A stretch of DNA of 63,837 bases, filler included, from Reclinomonas americana ATCC 50394 (Eukaryota), in assembly GCA_048213135.1 (NCBI GenBank). It is 13 parts of 13 records of this genome, joined end to end, with 100 filler letters (N's around TTAATTAATTAA, not from the genome) between each part and the next. Parts side by side here need not be neighbours in the genome. Positions count along the whole stretch, not along the records: positions 23,956 to 30,819 come from AFZH01018957.1; positions 30,920 to 44,141 come from AFZH01018958.1; 11 more parts are not named here. The stretch is one strand, 5' to 3'. Positions 27,590 through 41,200 of this stretch are shown in pieces. The translations under genes and the position numbers were made by a program. Each line of letters opens with the position of its first letter. Position 1 is the stretch's first letter. The notes under the pieces are model-generated. The model saw only the letters and a program-made list of their open reading frames with translations. It had not been told where the DNA came from and ran no database searches.

Positions 27590-28550
27590 CAAGAGGAAAG
27601 GAGAAAAAAGCAACAGTTTTTGAATACCGACGTTCGATATTGAGGAAGAAGCGCCTGAGGAAGACCAGTGAACCTGGAGAACCGGCCCGTGCAGCCAGAG
27701 AGCGACAAACAACAACAACAATACATTCACCAACAAAAAAAAACAGCAGCTGTCTTGATGACCAAGTTCAACAGCATCGAAGGCACAATTCGAATTCCAC
27801 CAGATTCACGCGGTTTCGGAGGAAACGAAGACAAAATGGGCCTTCTCGTTGTTTGCTGTGTCGCCACTTCCATTCGGGATCTATTCACTCACTGTGCGGC
27901 CACCGGTCAGTGGCTGTCACAGTGTTTGAAACAGCAGGTTTCTTATGTGTGTGTTTGCTCTCGGAGCTCCGAACAAGTCGAGAACTGCGATCTTCACCGC
28001 ATAAGCGTGGTTGAACAGTGGATTTGACGCACTTGCAAAAGACGCATAGTGTTTTCTGCGATCGTACACGGCACATCGACGCATAGTGTTTTCTGCGATC
28101 GTACACGGCACATCGAATTCGGGAAAAGGCGATAGCCAGGCAAACAAAGCAAAACCGGGTCCGGATCTGTGAAGCAAGCAGAGCAAAAACAGTTGTGGTG
28201 TCGCACGTTGGTGGTGTAGCTGAAACAGAAGAGAGCTTGTCATGTTGTTGGTGAGGCTCATGTCGGTGGTGGGTGGTGGAAGGCGCGGTTGTTGTTGTTG
28301 TTGTTGTCATTGTTGTCGCATCAGTGACTGCCTCAAGATTGGCCATTTGGTGTCTGTGTTAATGTTTTGGATACGGTTGAACTTGGTCATCAAAGCAGCG
28401 GGCTGCTGTCGTTCGCGTGCTGGCGAATGAATCGTTTGCAACTGCTCAGCTGCATCTCTGCTCCAGTCGTCTGGCCCTTGCTGGGTTTCCTACTGTTCTC
28501 TGACGCCAATACTCTTGCTATCTTTCTGGTTTTTCTTTGGAATTCGGCGT
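27590..28550. repeat. Diverged inverted repeat with a perfect 18-bp core, enclosing a 37-bp tandem duplication
   Basis: TTGATGACCAAGTTCAAC at 27755-27772 and its reverse complement at 28376-28393, with patchy similarity extending outward. Direct duplication at 28041-28116. Confidence 0.6.
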
Positions 28551-28688
28551 CAGGTTGTCACGAGCCGTGGCTTCTCTTGCTACCTCCCTCCCTCCTCGCA
28601 TTGCTGAGGGGTTTCCCCGTGCGTACAATCATCCTTACTTTTCCTGCTTTTCAACACTTATTCTCTTCCCCTGAATCTCCAACAACAC

Positions 28689-30668
28689 TCACTGGCGCGG
28701 ACCGTTGACCTGCTTCAGCAACTCCAGCTTGGCTTTCACGGCATCTGTTGATAACAAAGCGGGGGTGAGCGTCACGAATGGAGCTTTCTCTGTCTCTCTC
28801 ACTCGCGCACTGATATTCGTGCACACATAGACAATGTTCTCCTTCTCCCATACACCAATGGAGTCCGTCTCTCTCTCTCTCGCACACACTCTCTCTCTCT
28901 CTCTCTCTCTTTCTCACTCTCTCTCCCACTCATGCACTGATATTCACACACCGGCACGCGTGCACACATGTCCTCCTTCTCACACAACTGCAACTTCGAA
29001 CCAACGGAGGCTGTCTCTCTCACACACACACTCTCTCTCACTCTCCCACTTACTCACTGATATTCACACACCGGCACGGGTGCACACACATAGACAGTGT
29101 CCTCCTTCTCCCGTACACTCACCAAATACGAATTCAATCTCTCTCTCTCTCTCTCACTCTCACTCACTTTCTCTCTCTTACTCTCATGCACTCCTCGTCT
29201 ACTACTTTACAGAGACCCGATTGATCACCACAGTAGAGTACCGACCAGGTGCCTTGCTCTCCGATCCAATAAGAAGAGGACACAATCGTCACGTTGTCCT
29301 CGACTTCGTGCTCGCTCTCTCCTCTCTACCACTCACTCTCACCCACTCTCTATGCGCTCTTCCCTCTCCTCCTCCTCTCCCCACCCACTCTTCCAACAAA
29401 CCCCCTTTCCCCCTTCAACTCACCGACCATCTGATCGTCCATCTCATCATCCACATCACTCAGCTCGCCACGCGCGTTGCGACCCTCATACATGTACGCC
29501 ACCTTGGTCTTGCGGCGCGCCTGCTCTCGCAGCTGCTCCAACTCTTGCGAGCGACGCTGCTCCTCCTCCACCGCCGCCGGATCGCGGTGCTTGACCTTGT
29601 GACCGGCCTCGCGCTGGTACTCGCGACCGACCTGAATCAGGCGCTGCGCACATGAAAGAAGGAGGATGAGTCAGGACAAGGCGTGACGACGGAGTGTGCG
29701 GCGCGAGGGCATGCAGACCTTGCGATACTCCTCGTCGGCATCCTCCTTGGAGATCTTTGGCGCGTGAGAGGCGGTTCCGGTGCCGGCCGGCACACGACGC
29801 ACGCGACGGCGACTGCAGGAAGAAGAGGAAGTGTCGGTAAAGGCAAGGAATGAGGAAATGGGGCGGGAGAGCTGCGCAACGGTGGTGCGGCTGCGGCTGG
29901 TGCGGGAGGCGATCCATCTGCACGCGAGATTGTGAGTTACTGTGCTCAACGATCAACAAACAATCATGCTTGAGACAAACCTCCACCTGCGGCAGCTGCA
30001 GCAGCTTGAGATTCTGTGGGCGCAATCAACCGGTGAGCAGTGCATCAGTGTCATTTGTGCTCATTCACTTTCCCCTCACGCATTCTCGTGCTTACGCGCA
30101 CACTGTTCCCTAACTCACACTTTCTCATATCTCATTCGCGCACTGTGCATTGATACACAATGGCGGCTTCTGGAAGCTCAGCACGCCAAAGCAGAGAGAG
30201 AGAGAGAGGAGGGAAGGAGAGGGAGAGAGAGAGACAAGTACAACGCAGAGACTAGTACAATGCTGAGACAAGCATAACGCTGGTGCAACGCCGAGATAGA
30301 GCGCGACACGAGAGACAAGTACAACACAAGAGACAGAGTGCAACACTGAGACGATTTCCTCACTTGCGCATCTGTCAGCAAGTGACTAAACTTGACTCAC
30401 TTGTCTGTGTTCCCTTACTTGCACACCCGCGTTCCCTTTCTCTCATCCCTATCCTCAGTTTCACTCTTTCCAAACCTTCGCCGTCGCTCACAAGCACGCG
30501 CATCCTCTCTTTCTCCTGTTTCTCTCTCCACCTCTCCTCGTTCTATTTCCCATAAGTCCTCTCTCTCTCTCTCCCCTCTCGCATCTTCTGTCACTCCTAC
30601 TCTCACTGCCCTCCCATTCGTTTTTCTTTGCTCTTTTCCTCAGTCAGTATCCAACTTTCCGTCCAACC

Positions 30669-30747
<79 letters not shown>

Positions 30748-31023
30748 ACTCTTCTCTCTCTCTCTCTCTCTCTCTTCTTCTTACTATACTCTCTTCCTTC
30801 TTACTACTACGCGACGACGNNNNNNNNNNNNNNNNNNNNNNNNNNNNNNNNNNNNNNNNNNNNTTAATTAATTAANNNNNNNNNNNNNNNNNNNNNNNNN
30901 NNNNNNNNNNNNNNNNNNNGTAAACGGTAACGTAACGTACGTACGACGTACGAACGACGAACGAACGAACGAGTAGAGAAGAACGAACGACGTACGTACG
31001 GTAGGACGAACGAAGAACGAGAG

Positions 31024-31085
<62 letters not shown>

Positions 31086-34000
31086 CGGTGCTCTCTTATT
31101 CTCAATCAGTCAGACTGCGTTGTGAACGCCTCCCTGTTCTCATCCCGTCACTCATGGACGAACACACATCATCGCTCACTTCTTGCACATCCTTTCCCCC
31201 TCTCTCCCTTTTCCCCTTCTCCTCACCATCCAACAACTGCGCTCCCCATCCCGGTCCATGCGTGCTGGCATCTGCCGGTTCGGTGCGAATACGACGCTCC
31301 ACGCGCTGTCGCTGTATCCGTGTCTGAATCTGCGCACCACCAGCAGTTTTTCAGCACCAATAAAGCGGCAAAACAATGCACCCTCCTGGCACTCACCTCC
31401 TGCTGCTTCGCGGGATCCACACGCGGCTTGTGCTTCTCCTTGACCAGTCTCTGATACTCGGCACGGCGATCCAGCACGGCCTTGGCGCGCTCGGCCTCGA
31501 TCTGCGCCAGCTCCTTGCGTTTTCTTTCCTCCTCGAGGGCCAGTGCCTGTATAATGAAAGAGGTGAGGAATAGACATAAAGGAGGAGGCGCAAAAGAGAG
31601 CAGCGTGTTCAAACCATGGCGCGACCCTCATAAAACTGTTGCCGCTGCGGGGAGGTGCGAGCTGGAGACACGGACTTGGGCTGGATGGCTTCCAGCTGCA
31701 CCAAAAGGGACAAAGAAAGCAACTCAGGAACACATCGGTGCAACTTCACCTCTATCTCGCTCCTTCTCACCCACTCCACAACTAGTCCAACCTAAACAAA
31801 TTCCAATGTTCTCTCACTCCATGAAATATCTTCTCGTATCTGCCGCATCACGTTCCCCACGACCAATCAAACCCAATCTAAACTTCAACTCCCGCTCCAT
31901 TTTTCATTACGTGCTTTTTCCTCTTCCTCTCACCCCTTCTCGATATGCCCATCCCTTTCTTCCCGCCCAGTCAATCACATCAAGTACGACCTTCTCGCCC
32001 TCCATCTTCTGAGTCTCGTGCCCCTTCCTCCACTACCCCTTTTCTGTATCATTCCTCCCAACATTTCGCACCTGGTACAATCTTTCCTGAAGCATCTCCC
32101 GCCTTCTTATCTCTTCTCTCTTCTTCTCCTACCTTCCGTCCGCTGCCTTCCTCTCATCCCTTTTCTCTCGAATCTCCCACGACTTCCCCTTCCCCTTCCC
32201 CTCTCACTCACCACCGGTCCAAACTTCTCCTCATGCTCCTTGATGTCCGCCAGCGTGCCATTCTTCGGGTGGAACTGATCGTACAACACCTGCAGCTTCT
32301 CGCGGCGCTTGCTCTCCACATCCTCCAGCTCTGCCACCCCCCGCTCAGTCAGTCGACAAGCGGACACCCGATTAAATCAACTCCACAGACCATGCGAAAA
32401 GTGCTCCTCCATGCGAATGTGCAGCGGCTTGGCTGCAGGCTTGCGCGTGCCCTGCGCACGACTCAACTCCTACGCCATTTTCTCGAGGCATGAGCACCGA
32501 ATCAATGGCATGGTCGCAGCGTCTGCAGCATGCACGCACCTGCAACTCGCGCTCCTTCTTCTTCTCGCGCCACCTCGTCCAGCGCTCTTCGCGCTGCTGC
32601 TTCTCCTCCTCCTTCCACTTGTTCGCCTCGGCCTGGATGCGCTGCTCCACGGTCATGTGCTCCTCAGCCCACTGCGCCTTCAGCATCGCTTCGCGTTCCT
32701 GTTGGAGAAGGGCGAGTCACGATATGTTTAGCACTCACACAAAGATCGCAGCGCGCAATAAGATAGCGGGATTGTAAGAAAGAGACGTTTGAAACACACA
32801 GCGCGTAAACCGAGAGTGAGTGACAGAGAAAAATGAGAGTGAGATATAAACACACTCCAAGAGAGCGAGACAGATCGCACGCACACAGATATTAGCGCTT
32901 ACACTGAGAGCAACAGAGAGATAGAGAGGGAGAGAGAACTTGTCGCAGCGCCAATAAAGATCTCAGCACGCACAAAGCAAGTGAGATACACAAAACTTAC
33001 AGCGAGCATGCGGCGCACGAAAGATGGAGAATGAGAGTTAGACAGACACACCTACACACATAGTTCTCGAGTGGGAAAGAAGAGAGAACCAAACACACAG
33101 CGCGTGTACCGGGAGTGTGAGATAGAAATGAGAGCGAGACACAAGCACACACAGTGCCGAGAGTAAAAACAAGACAAGAGAGCGAGCCAGACACATAACA
33201 AAGATACAGCGCGCACAAAGTGAGAGAGACACAGGTAGGCGCACACAGAAACACACAAACATCTCACATCGAGCATGAAACGTAAAAGATGAAGAAAATG
33301 AGTAAGACAAACACACTTACACCCAAACATCTCAACGCGCAACGAGGGAGTGGACGACATGAGAGATACAAACACACATCGCGTGCACCGAGAGTGAGAG
33401 AGCGAAATGAGAACAAGACATAAACACACAAAGATATCACAAAGTGCTAATGCACATAAAATAAGAGAAATAAAGAACACCAACACACACACACACATAC
33501 ACACAATCCCAGCGCGCAAGGAGAGACTTGGGGTAATAGAGAGATACGAATATAGATCTAAGCAGCGCCGTGAGTGTCAACGAGAGGGAACATAACCCCA
33601 TCCTCCAGCACCCGTCCCTTTTCCCTCCTCCCCCTTCCCCCTTGCCCCTCTTCCCCTCCCCATTTCGCGCACCTGCCGACTCTTCTTCCGCAACACATCC
33701 TCATGGACGACCTTCTTGTGCCTCTCGCGCAACTCGCGCTGCGCCTGCGTGTCCGACTGTGGTCGAGCCGCCGTCGCCGCGGCCGCCGCCGGTGGAGCAG
33801 CAGTAGCCGCCGTGGCCGCCGGAGCGGGCTGCCTCTTGCGCAGTGGCGCCACTGGTGCCGACGGAATGGGCGGCGGCCTGGTCAACTGCGCGGCGAAGTG
33901 TGATGAGCGACGGAGGCGATTTGACAGGTCAACCAGCATGGTGTACGCAACTGAAATGTGATTCTCCAGTGCCCACGCAGCAAACTCGTCAAACAAGACG

Positions 34001-37000
34001 TGCTGTGTGAATTGCATCAAGTCAGCAGCGAGTCCAATCCCTCTTTTTCCGGCATTGCCAATTCCGCAACTCCTCCGTGGTTCTTGTCAATCGCTGCAAA
34101 CATGTCGAGTGCACGGGTTCCCTCCGGCACACCAAACGCCACCAGTCGCGGCATCGCCTTGCGCACTTCCTCGAGATTGAGACGCTTGTCGTGCGAGCTG
34201 TCCACCTCGGCGAATCTGCGCCGCGAGATCTACAAGTGAGGGAGGAGTGCGGCAGAACGACGGGGGAGGAGCGCACGCAACATCTTGAACAGCTCAAAGT
34301 ACTGTCGCAGATGGCGCAGAAGCAGCGCAAACTCGGCCTTTTGCACAAAGTCGTCGCCGGCCTTGTCTTTGCCCTTGTATGTGGACTTGGCGGCTTGGAA
34401 GGCGCGCATGACGGCCGGCTTGGAATCGAAGACCTCGTCGAGCTTCAGAACGTCGCGGATGCCCTTGTCTGTGGAGCGGGGAAGCGAGAATTAGACTTAG
34501 AATACACGCACAGTCCTTTCTCTCACAAGTACGCACACAAGAAGTGACATGCACATTCTGGACAGCAACTGACATCGTTTCTTGTCGACAAACTGCGAGC
34601 AATCTAACCTTCTTGACTCATAACACAAGCACATCCCACAGTAACACAACGGAGGATAAACGCCGAGAAGCAACACACATGCGAACACCACTTTCATCAA
34701 ATCGGCAGACTGTCACACTGTGATGTCACTCTTGTCTGCACGCTGCCCGCACTATCATTCTTCTTCTGCGGATCCATATGCTGTGCACTCTGTATCCCAG
34801 CTGCACTTTGCTTCTACTCGTTCGATTTTCCATGACGCAATTCACAGCACATTTTGCACACACACACATACCACGCACACTTGCGGTACTATCATTCTTC
34901 TTCTGCTGAATGTGAAACACATTCAGAAGCACTGCTCTCTGTTTGCCATGGTCATTCTGCCTACACTTTGCCACACACAAGCACATCCTGAACTCATTCA
35001 ACTGATTATTCAGCAACTGAACACGCACAGTGGAAGTGAGCAACACCATCTTTCTTTCTGCAGACTACGACACACATTCAGGCGCAGGCAATCGTAATTT
35101 CTGTTCTGACCTGCCTCTTCTTTGTCTATGGTTCTCACATTATGCCACACACGCTCAACTGATCACACATATGCACACGCACATCGAAGGCACCAGTATT
35201 CTACCTCTGCAGATTGCGACACACGTTCTCACGCAGTGATCTCTGTATCCCTGCTGCACTCGGCCTCCACTCATTCTGATTCGCTTTATATCTGCCACAC
35301 CCAAGCACATTCCGACCTCATTCAAGTGATCGCAAATACATACACACACATATATGCAACACGCACAAAGAAAACACTGCAGTATCTCACCCATTTCAGC
35401 ACATTGTGATACACAATCATAAGCTCTACGTTTGCCTGCTGCACATTCTCTGCCACACGCACCATGACGTACGCCCCCCTTACCCTTCTCTCCCTTCTCT
35501 CCCTTCCCCTACCTCCCTTTCCCTCTTACCCCCTTCCCCATCGCCCTCCCTTCTCCCTACACCCCCACCCACCAACTTCCGCCAACGACAAATACCCATT
35601 GCCGTTGGTGTCAAAGAGATTGAACAAGCGGTTCCGATCCGCCTTTTCCCCATCCGTCTTGCCGTACGGCAGCGCCGCACAGACAGCCGCCCAACGCTCA
35701 GCGGCGGGATCCGCCGGTGGCGCGGGTGCAGCAGCCGCAGAAGTGGCTGTGGTAGTGGTGGCGGTGGCGGTGGAGGCTGCCTTGACACGCCGGGGAGCGG
35801 CATGTCCGTTGTGTCCGGCGCTCGGTGGGCGCGACGGAGGTGCCTCCTTCAACGCTTCGAACTTGTTCTCGGCCCACGCAGCGAATTCGTCAAAGAGAAT
35901 CACCTGCGACAAACGAGGAATGAGCATCACTCACATTTGGGAATGGAGAGGACTGGGTTGACAAACCCCGCCCTGGTTGACGTCAATCTCGGCAAATGCG
36001 GCGTCAGCGGTGACCGTCGCCGGCATGCCAGCGGCATGCATCTTGGACTCAGCCTGTCGCAGCTCGTCCATGGAGATGCGTCGATCGCGAGAGGCATCAA
36101 TGTCCGCAAACCTGGAGCGACGTGAGTGTTGGCGACAGCAGAGGCAAGCCTTGTGTTCGCCACGCAACAGCTGATACAACTGGAAGTAGCGACGCAATTG
36201 GCGCAGAAGCAACAGGAACTCGGCGCGCTGCACAAAGTCCGCACCGAGCTTGTCGTCTTTGCATGCCGCCTTGGCAGACTGCGTGGAGGAGTGGATTCAG
36301 GCACTATAAAGGTGGATAGATGGGTGCTCTCTCGTGCGTTTCCTCACACATACATACACCTCTGCTGGCACGAACACATTCTGAATGTTCGCAATCATGC
36401 ACGAACACACAGGCATAATCTCATCACCGACTACTTACCTCTCATGCAAACCAACTTATGAAACACACAGAGTATCTCCAAGATACATTCTCTATTCATG
36501 CAGCACATCGACTGACAAAACACTCAGACACAGGGCACCCTTCTCACTCTCTCCCAGAGAGGATACTGAGATGCAGCGCATTCCTGCCTGCTTCCTATCT
36601 TATTATTTCCCTTTCGCAAACGACTCAGATACACAGCATTCCCACCGGCCTCCTAGCTCTTCCCAGACCCTCCCGTTCCTCCTTCCCACACCCTTTCACC
36701 CATCCCAACCCTCCCTCTCCGTCTCCCCACACTCCTCTCACCTGGAACGCTCGCATGATTGCCGGCTTGCAGTCAAACAGCTCATCCACCTTTAGCACAT
36801 CGCGAATTCCCTTGTCTGTGCGTGCGTGAGACACAATAGAAGAATCGCTCACATCCACAAACGAATTCCCTAACAAACCAACTTCCGCCAGCGACAGGAA
36901 ACCGTTCCCGTTCGGGTCGAACGCGTTGAACAAGCGCTGGCGCTCCGCCTGGTGAGCCTGACTGTTGGACACGGGCAGCGCGTCGAGAATGCGACGCCAG

Positions 37001-38238
37001 TTGGGCACAGGCGAGGAAGCCGCCGCCGCAGCGACGCCAGATCCCGACGGGCCACTGGACGCAGCGGTGGCCTTGCCGCCGGCGGGCTTGGGCGGTGCGC
37101 TGCCGGCCGAGGCGGGAATCTCGTCCATCACTTCGCCATCGATCTTGACGTGCTTGGCGATGGCCCATGCCGCGAATTCGTCAAAGAGGACGACCTGAAT
37201 GCGAGGAGATGATGAATGAGAAAAATAGAGAGGGAAACGGTCAGAGGAGGATCAAGGAAAGAATCAAGTAAAAAGACACCCCGAGAGACAGTTGATAGGC
37301 GCTCGTGAGAGAATGTGCACATTCTTGAAACAATGGGGAAAATGAATGGAATGAATGATTGATCAGGAGATAGCCCCCATTATGAGGCTGACGACAAAAG
37401 GAGAGAAACGCGGTGTTCAAGGAACGCATGAACAGCGACGCACGAGAAAGTGAGTGACACACATCACCGGACATGAAACGCGGCTCGTGTTGTTCAAAGA
37501 GAGTACTGGCCACGCATAAGATTAAGAGAGTGAAAGCACGAAAGGGGGAACGTGTGGATCTACATCAGCGACTGACGATGCGTGACCTTTGTTAAAGAGA
37601 GAGGTTGCCAGCGAATAAGATCAAGGAAAATGGACGGCGAGGTCTCTAACAGAAAGCGACACATCGACCTTTCCCCTCTTCTCTTCCCTTCCCCGCCACG
37701 CACCCCTCCATGGTTCGCGTCAATCTCCTTGAATGCATCCTCAGCCTTCAGATCTGCAGGCAATCCCCAGCTGACGAACTTGGCAAACGACTTCTTCAGC
37801 TCCTCCACCGTGATGCGACGATCGTCCGAGGTGTCGACCTCGTCGAACCTGAATTGAGGAAGAATGACATGAGCTGTTATCTACAAAAGGAGAAGCAGCT
37901 CAACCAACGCAACAGCTGATACAACTCAAAGTAGCGACGCAGATGGCGCAGCAGCAGCACAAACTCAGCGCGCTGCACGTAGTCGTCGCCAACCTTCTCG
38001 TTCCCGTTGTACGATGACTTGGCGGCCTGGATGGGGAAACAGGTGCGTGAGAGGCAGCGTGAAAGGGAAGGGGAACAAACGTCGCGTAATAATCAATGGG
38101 AAGGGAACGAAAAGGATGAAACAATCAAGAAAGAATGCATGGAGAAGGAGAAGCAAATAAAATAGCAGAGGAAAGAAAGAAAGAAAGAAGAAAGAAAGGA
38201 AGGAAAGAGAGAAGGAATCAATAAGTGAAAGGAAGAAA

Positions 38239-38282
<44 letters not shown>

Positions 38283-41200
38283 GAGATTGAGCGAGAAGGA
38301 ACGGGAAATGAAGAGAGATGGAAAACGAATCGAGCAGAGAAAGAATGCAGAAAAGAAACGGCGAGTGAGTGCGATAAATCCTTCCTGTGACACAAGGAGA
38401 GCGAGCGAGAGAGTAATAGATGGAAGAGACCAAGGAAGTAAGAGAGAAAGAGAGAAAAAATCAATGAAGAAACAGAAAGAAAGAGAAACAGTTGACATCA
38501 GAAAGAAAGAAAGAAACGGGGAGGAAGAGAAAGAAGCAACGAAAGAAGGAAGTGCAACAGAGAAAGAACCATGACAACCAGAAGGCGAGAGTGCACAAGA
38601 GATAATCTTCCCTCTCCATCTCACAGACTCACCTGGAATGCACGCATAATGGCCGGCTTGCAATCGTACACCGCATCCAAGTCGAGAGCATCGCGAATTC
38701 CCTTGTCTGCACACCCAAATATATATGAGCACAAAAACTGCATCACGAAGATCGCACTGTTCACCAACTCACCGACTTCAGCCAGCGACAAGAAACCGTT
38801 GCCGTTCGGATCGAACAAGCCAAACAGGCGAGCACGTTCAGCCTTGTCGGCAGCGCTGCTCGTCACCGGCAGTGCATCGAGCACCTTTCGCCAGTTCGGC
38901 GACGTGGCGACACCGGATCCCGATGCGCCACTCGCGGAAGCAGTGGACGCAGCAGCGGCTTTGCCGGCGGGTTTGGGTGGTGCGCTGCCGGCCGAGGCCG
39001 GAATCTCGTCCAGCACCTCACCGTCGATCTTGACGTGCTTCGAAATGGCCCACGCCGCGAACTCGTCAAAGAGGACGATCTGTGGGAAACGGTGAGGACG
39101 CGGAAGCAAACGCACAAGCGAGAGAGAAGAGGAAAGAGCATATCGAGCAAAAACGGCGAAGAAGGAAGAAACGAATGGGCAACAACGAAGAAGACGACGA
39201 CATGCTGAGAGCGAACGACCACACTTGTGCGATATCACATCAACCATCTTCCTCTTCCCATGTATACTCACCCCTCCATGGTTGGCGTCGATCTCCTTGA
39301 AAACATCCTCGGCCTTCAAATCCGCCGGCAATCCCCAGCTCACAAACTTGGAGATCGATTTCTTCAGCTCCTCCACCGTGATGCGACGATCGTCCGAGGT
39401 GTCCACCTCGTCGAACCTGGCGACAGAGTGAGCGACAGGCACAACAACACCAAGCAGCTCGCACGACGCAACAGGTGGTACAGCTCAAAGTAGCGACGCA
39501 GGTGGCGCAGCAGCAGCACAAACTCAGCACGCTGAACGTAGTCGTCGCCGACCTTTTCGTTGCCCTTGTACGATGACTTGGCGGCCTGCATTGTGGGGAA
39601 AGTAGGTGCATCAGAGGCAGATAATAGCAAAGAAGAACAAATGTCGCATGGGAGGAGAACGAACAGAGTGAAGCACTCAAGAAAGAATGACAGAACGAAT
39701 AAGAGAGAAATAAACAATAGAAGATGAGACAGCAAGAGAGAAAGAAAATGACTCCAAGACGGCGACGGAGTGCACGCAAAGAGCGAGCGGGAAAGTAATA
39801 CCAGATGAACAGAAGAAAGTATGAAGTGAGAAAGAAGGGGGGAAATGAAAGACACAATGAAAAAGAAACAATGAGGAACTGAGGAAGGAAAAAGTCAAGA
39901 AAAGACTGCAACAGAGAAAGAAGAATGACAATCAGAAGGCGAGAGTGCACAAGAGATAATCTTCTTTCTCCATCTCACAGACTCACCTGGAATGCACGCA
40001 TAATGGCCGGCTTGCAGTCGTACACCGCATCCAAGTCGAGAACATCGCGAATTCCCTTGTCTACACACCAAATATGTGAGCACACCAGCTGCATCACGAA
40101 GATCGCACTGTAAACCAACTCACCGACTTCAGCCAGCGACAGGAAGCCGTTGCCGTTCGGGTCAAACAAACCAAACAAGCGAGCGCGTTCGGCCTTGTCA
40201 GCAGCGCTGCTCGTTACCGGCAGTGCATCAAGCACCTTTCGCCAGTTGGGTGAAGCAGCAACACCAGACCCCGACGGACCACCAGCCGCCGCTGCCGCCG
40301 ATGCCGCTGTTGCAGCAGGTTTGCTTGCGGGCTTGGGTGGCGCGCTGCCGGCCGAGGCCGGAATCTCATCCATCACCTCGCCGTCGATCTTGACGTGCTT
40401 GGCGATGGCCCAGGCCGCGAACTCGTCAAAGAGGACGATCTGTGCGCACGGAGAAAATGAGAATGAGGAAACAACAACATAGAGGGGAAAGGGTGAGAGA
40501 GAAAGAAAGCAGAAGAATTGCGAGCAAGAATAGTAGGGAGAGAAGGATAACAAGGGTGGATCAACTAAAAAGTGATACACATTGAGGGAAACACAGCAAG
40601 TGCGATTTGCCAAGGTAAAAGAGAAAGAATGAACCCATGAGGGAACTTGATTTGCCACGAATGCAAATCTCTGGGACACGAGGATGGGTGAAAGGGACGG
40701 GCCCTTCGATAAGAATGACTTTGCAGTGAGTGCATAATGAGAAAGACTGGCCACCACTAATGAATGGAGTCAGCGAACGAGGAGAAAAACACATCAGCGG
40801 GCTTCGATTGCTCGTGCACGAGACAAAGAAAATGAGCCAACGAGAAAGAGTGAGAATTCGACTTGCCAAGCGCGAGCCAAAAGGGGGAGAGGATGGCCGC
40901 AACCAGAAAGAACTACCATCGCTGCAGATGGCAAAGAGCAATAACCGCACGACCTTCCCCTTCTACTTCCTCTCCGCCCACACTCACCCCTCCATGATTG
41001 GCGTCAATCTCCTTGAAAACATCCTCGGCCTTCAGATCCGCCGGCAATCCCCAGTTCACAAACTTGGAGATCGATTTCTTCAGCTCCTCCACTGTGATGC
41101 GACGATCATCTGACGTATCCACCTCGTCGAACCTGAATCGACCAAGGAAGACATGAGCTCCCATTCCACACGCGCGCAGCAACGACGATGACGCAACAGG

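Noticed and set aside
27885..28346. ORF MANLEAVTDATTMTTTT as a gene
   Set aside because: No recognisable domain or splice structure; it overlaps repeat-derived sequence.
28320..28392. Possible box C/D snoRNA on the minus strand (TGATGA...CTGA)
   Set aside because: No convincing terminal stem or recognisable rRNA guide, and the inverted copy lacks a D box.
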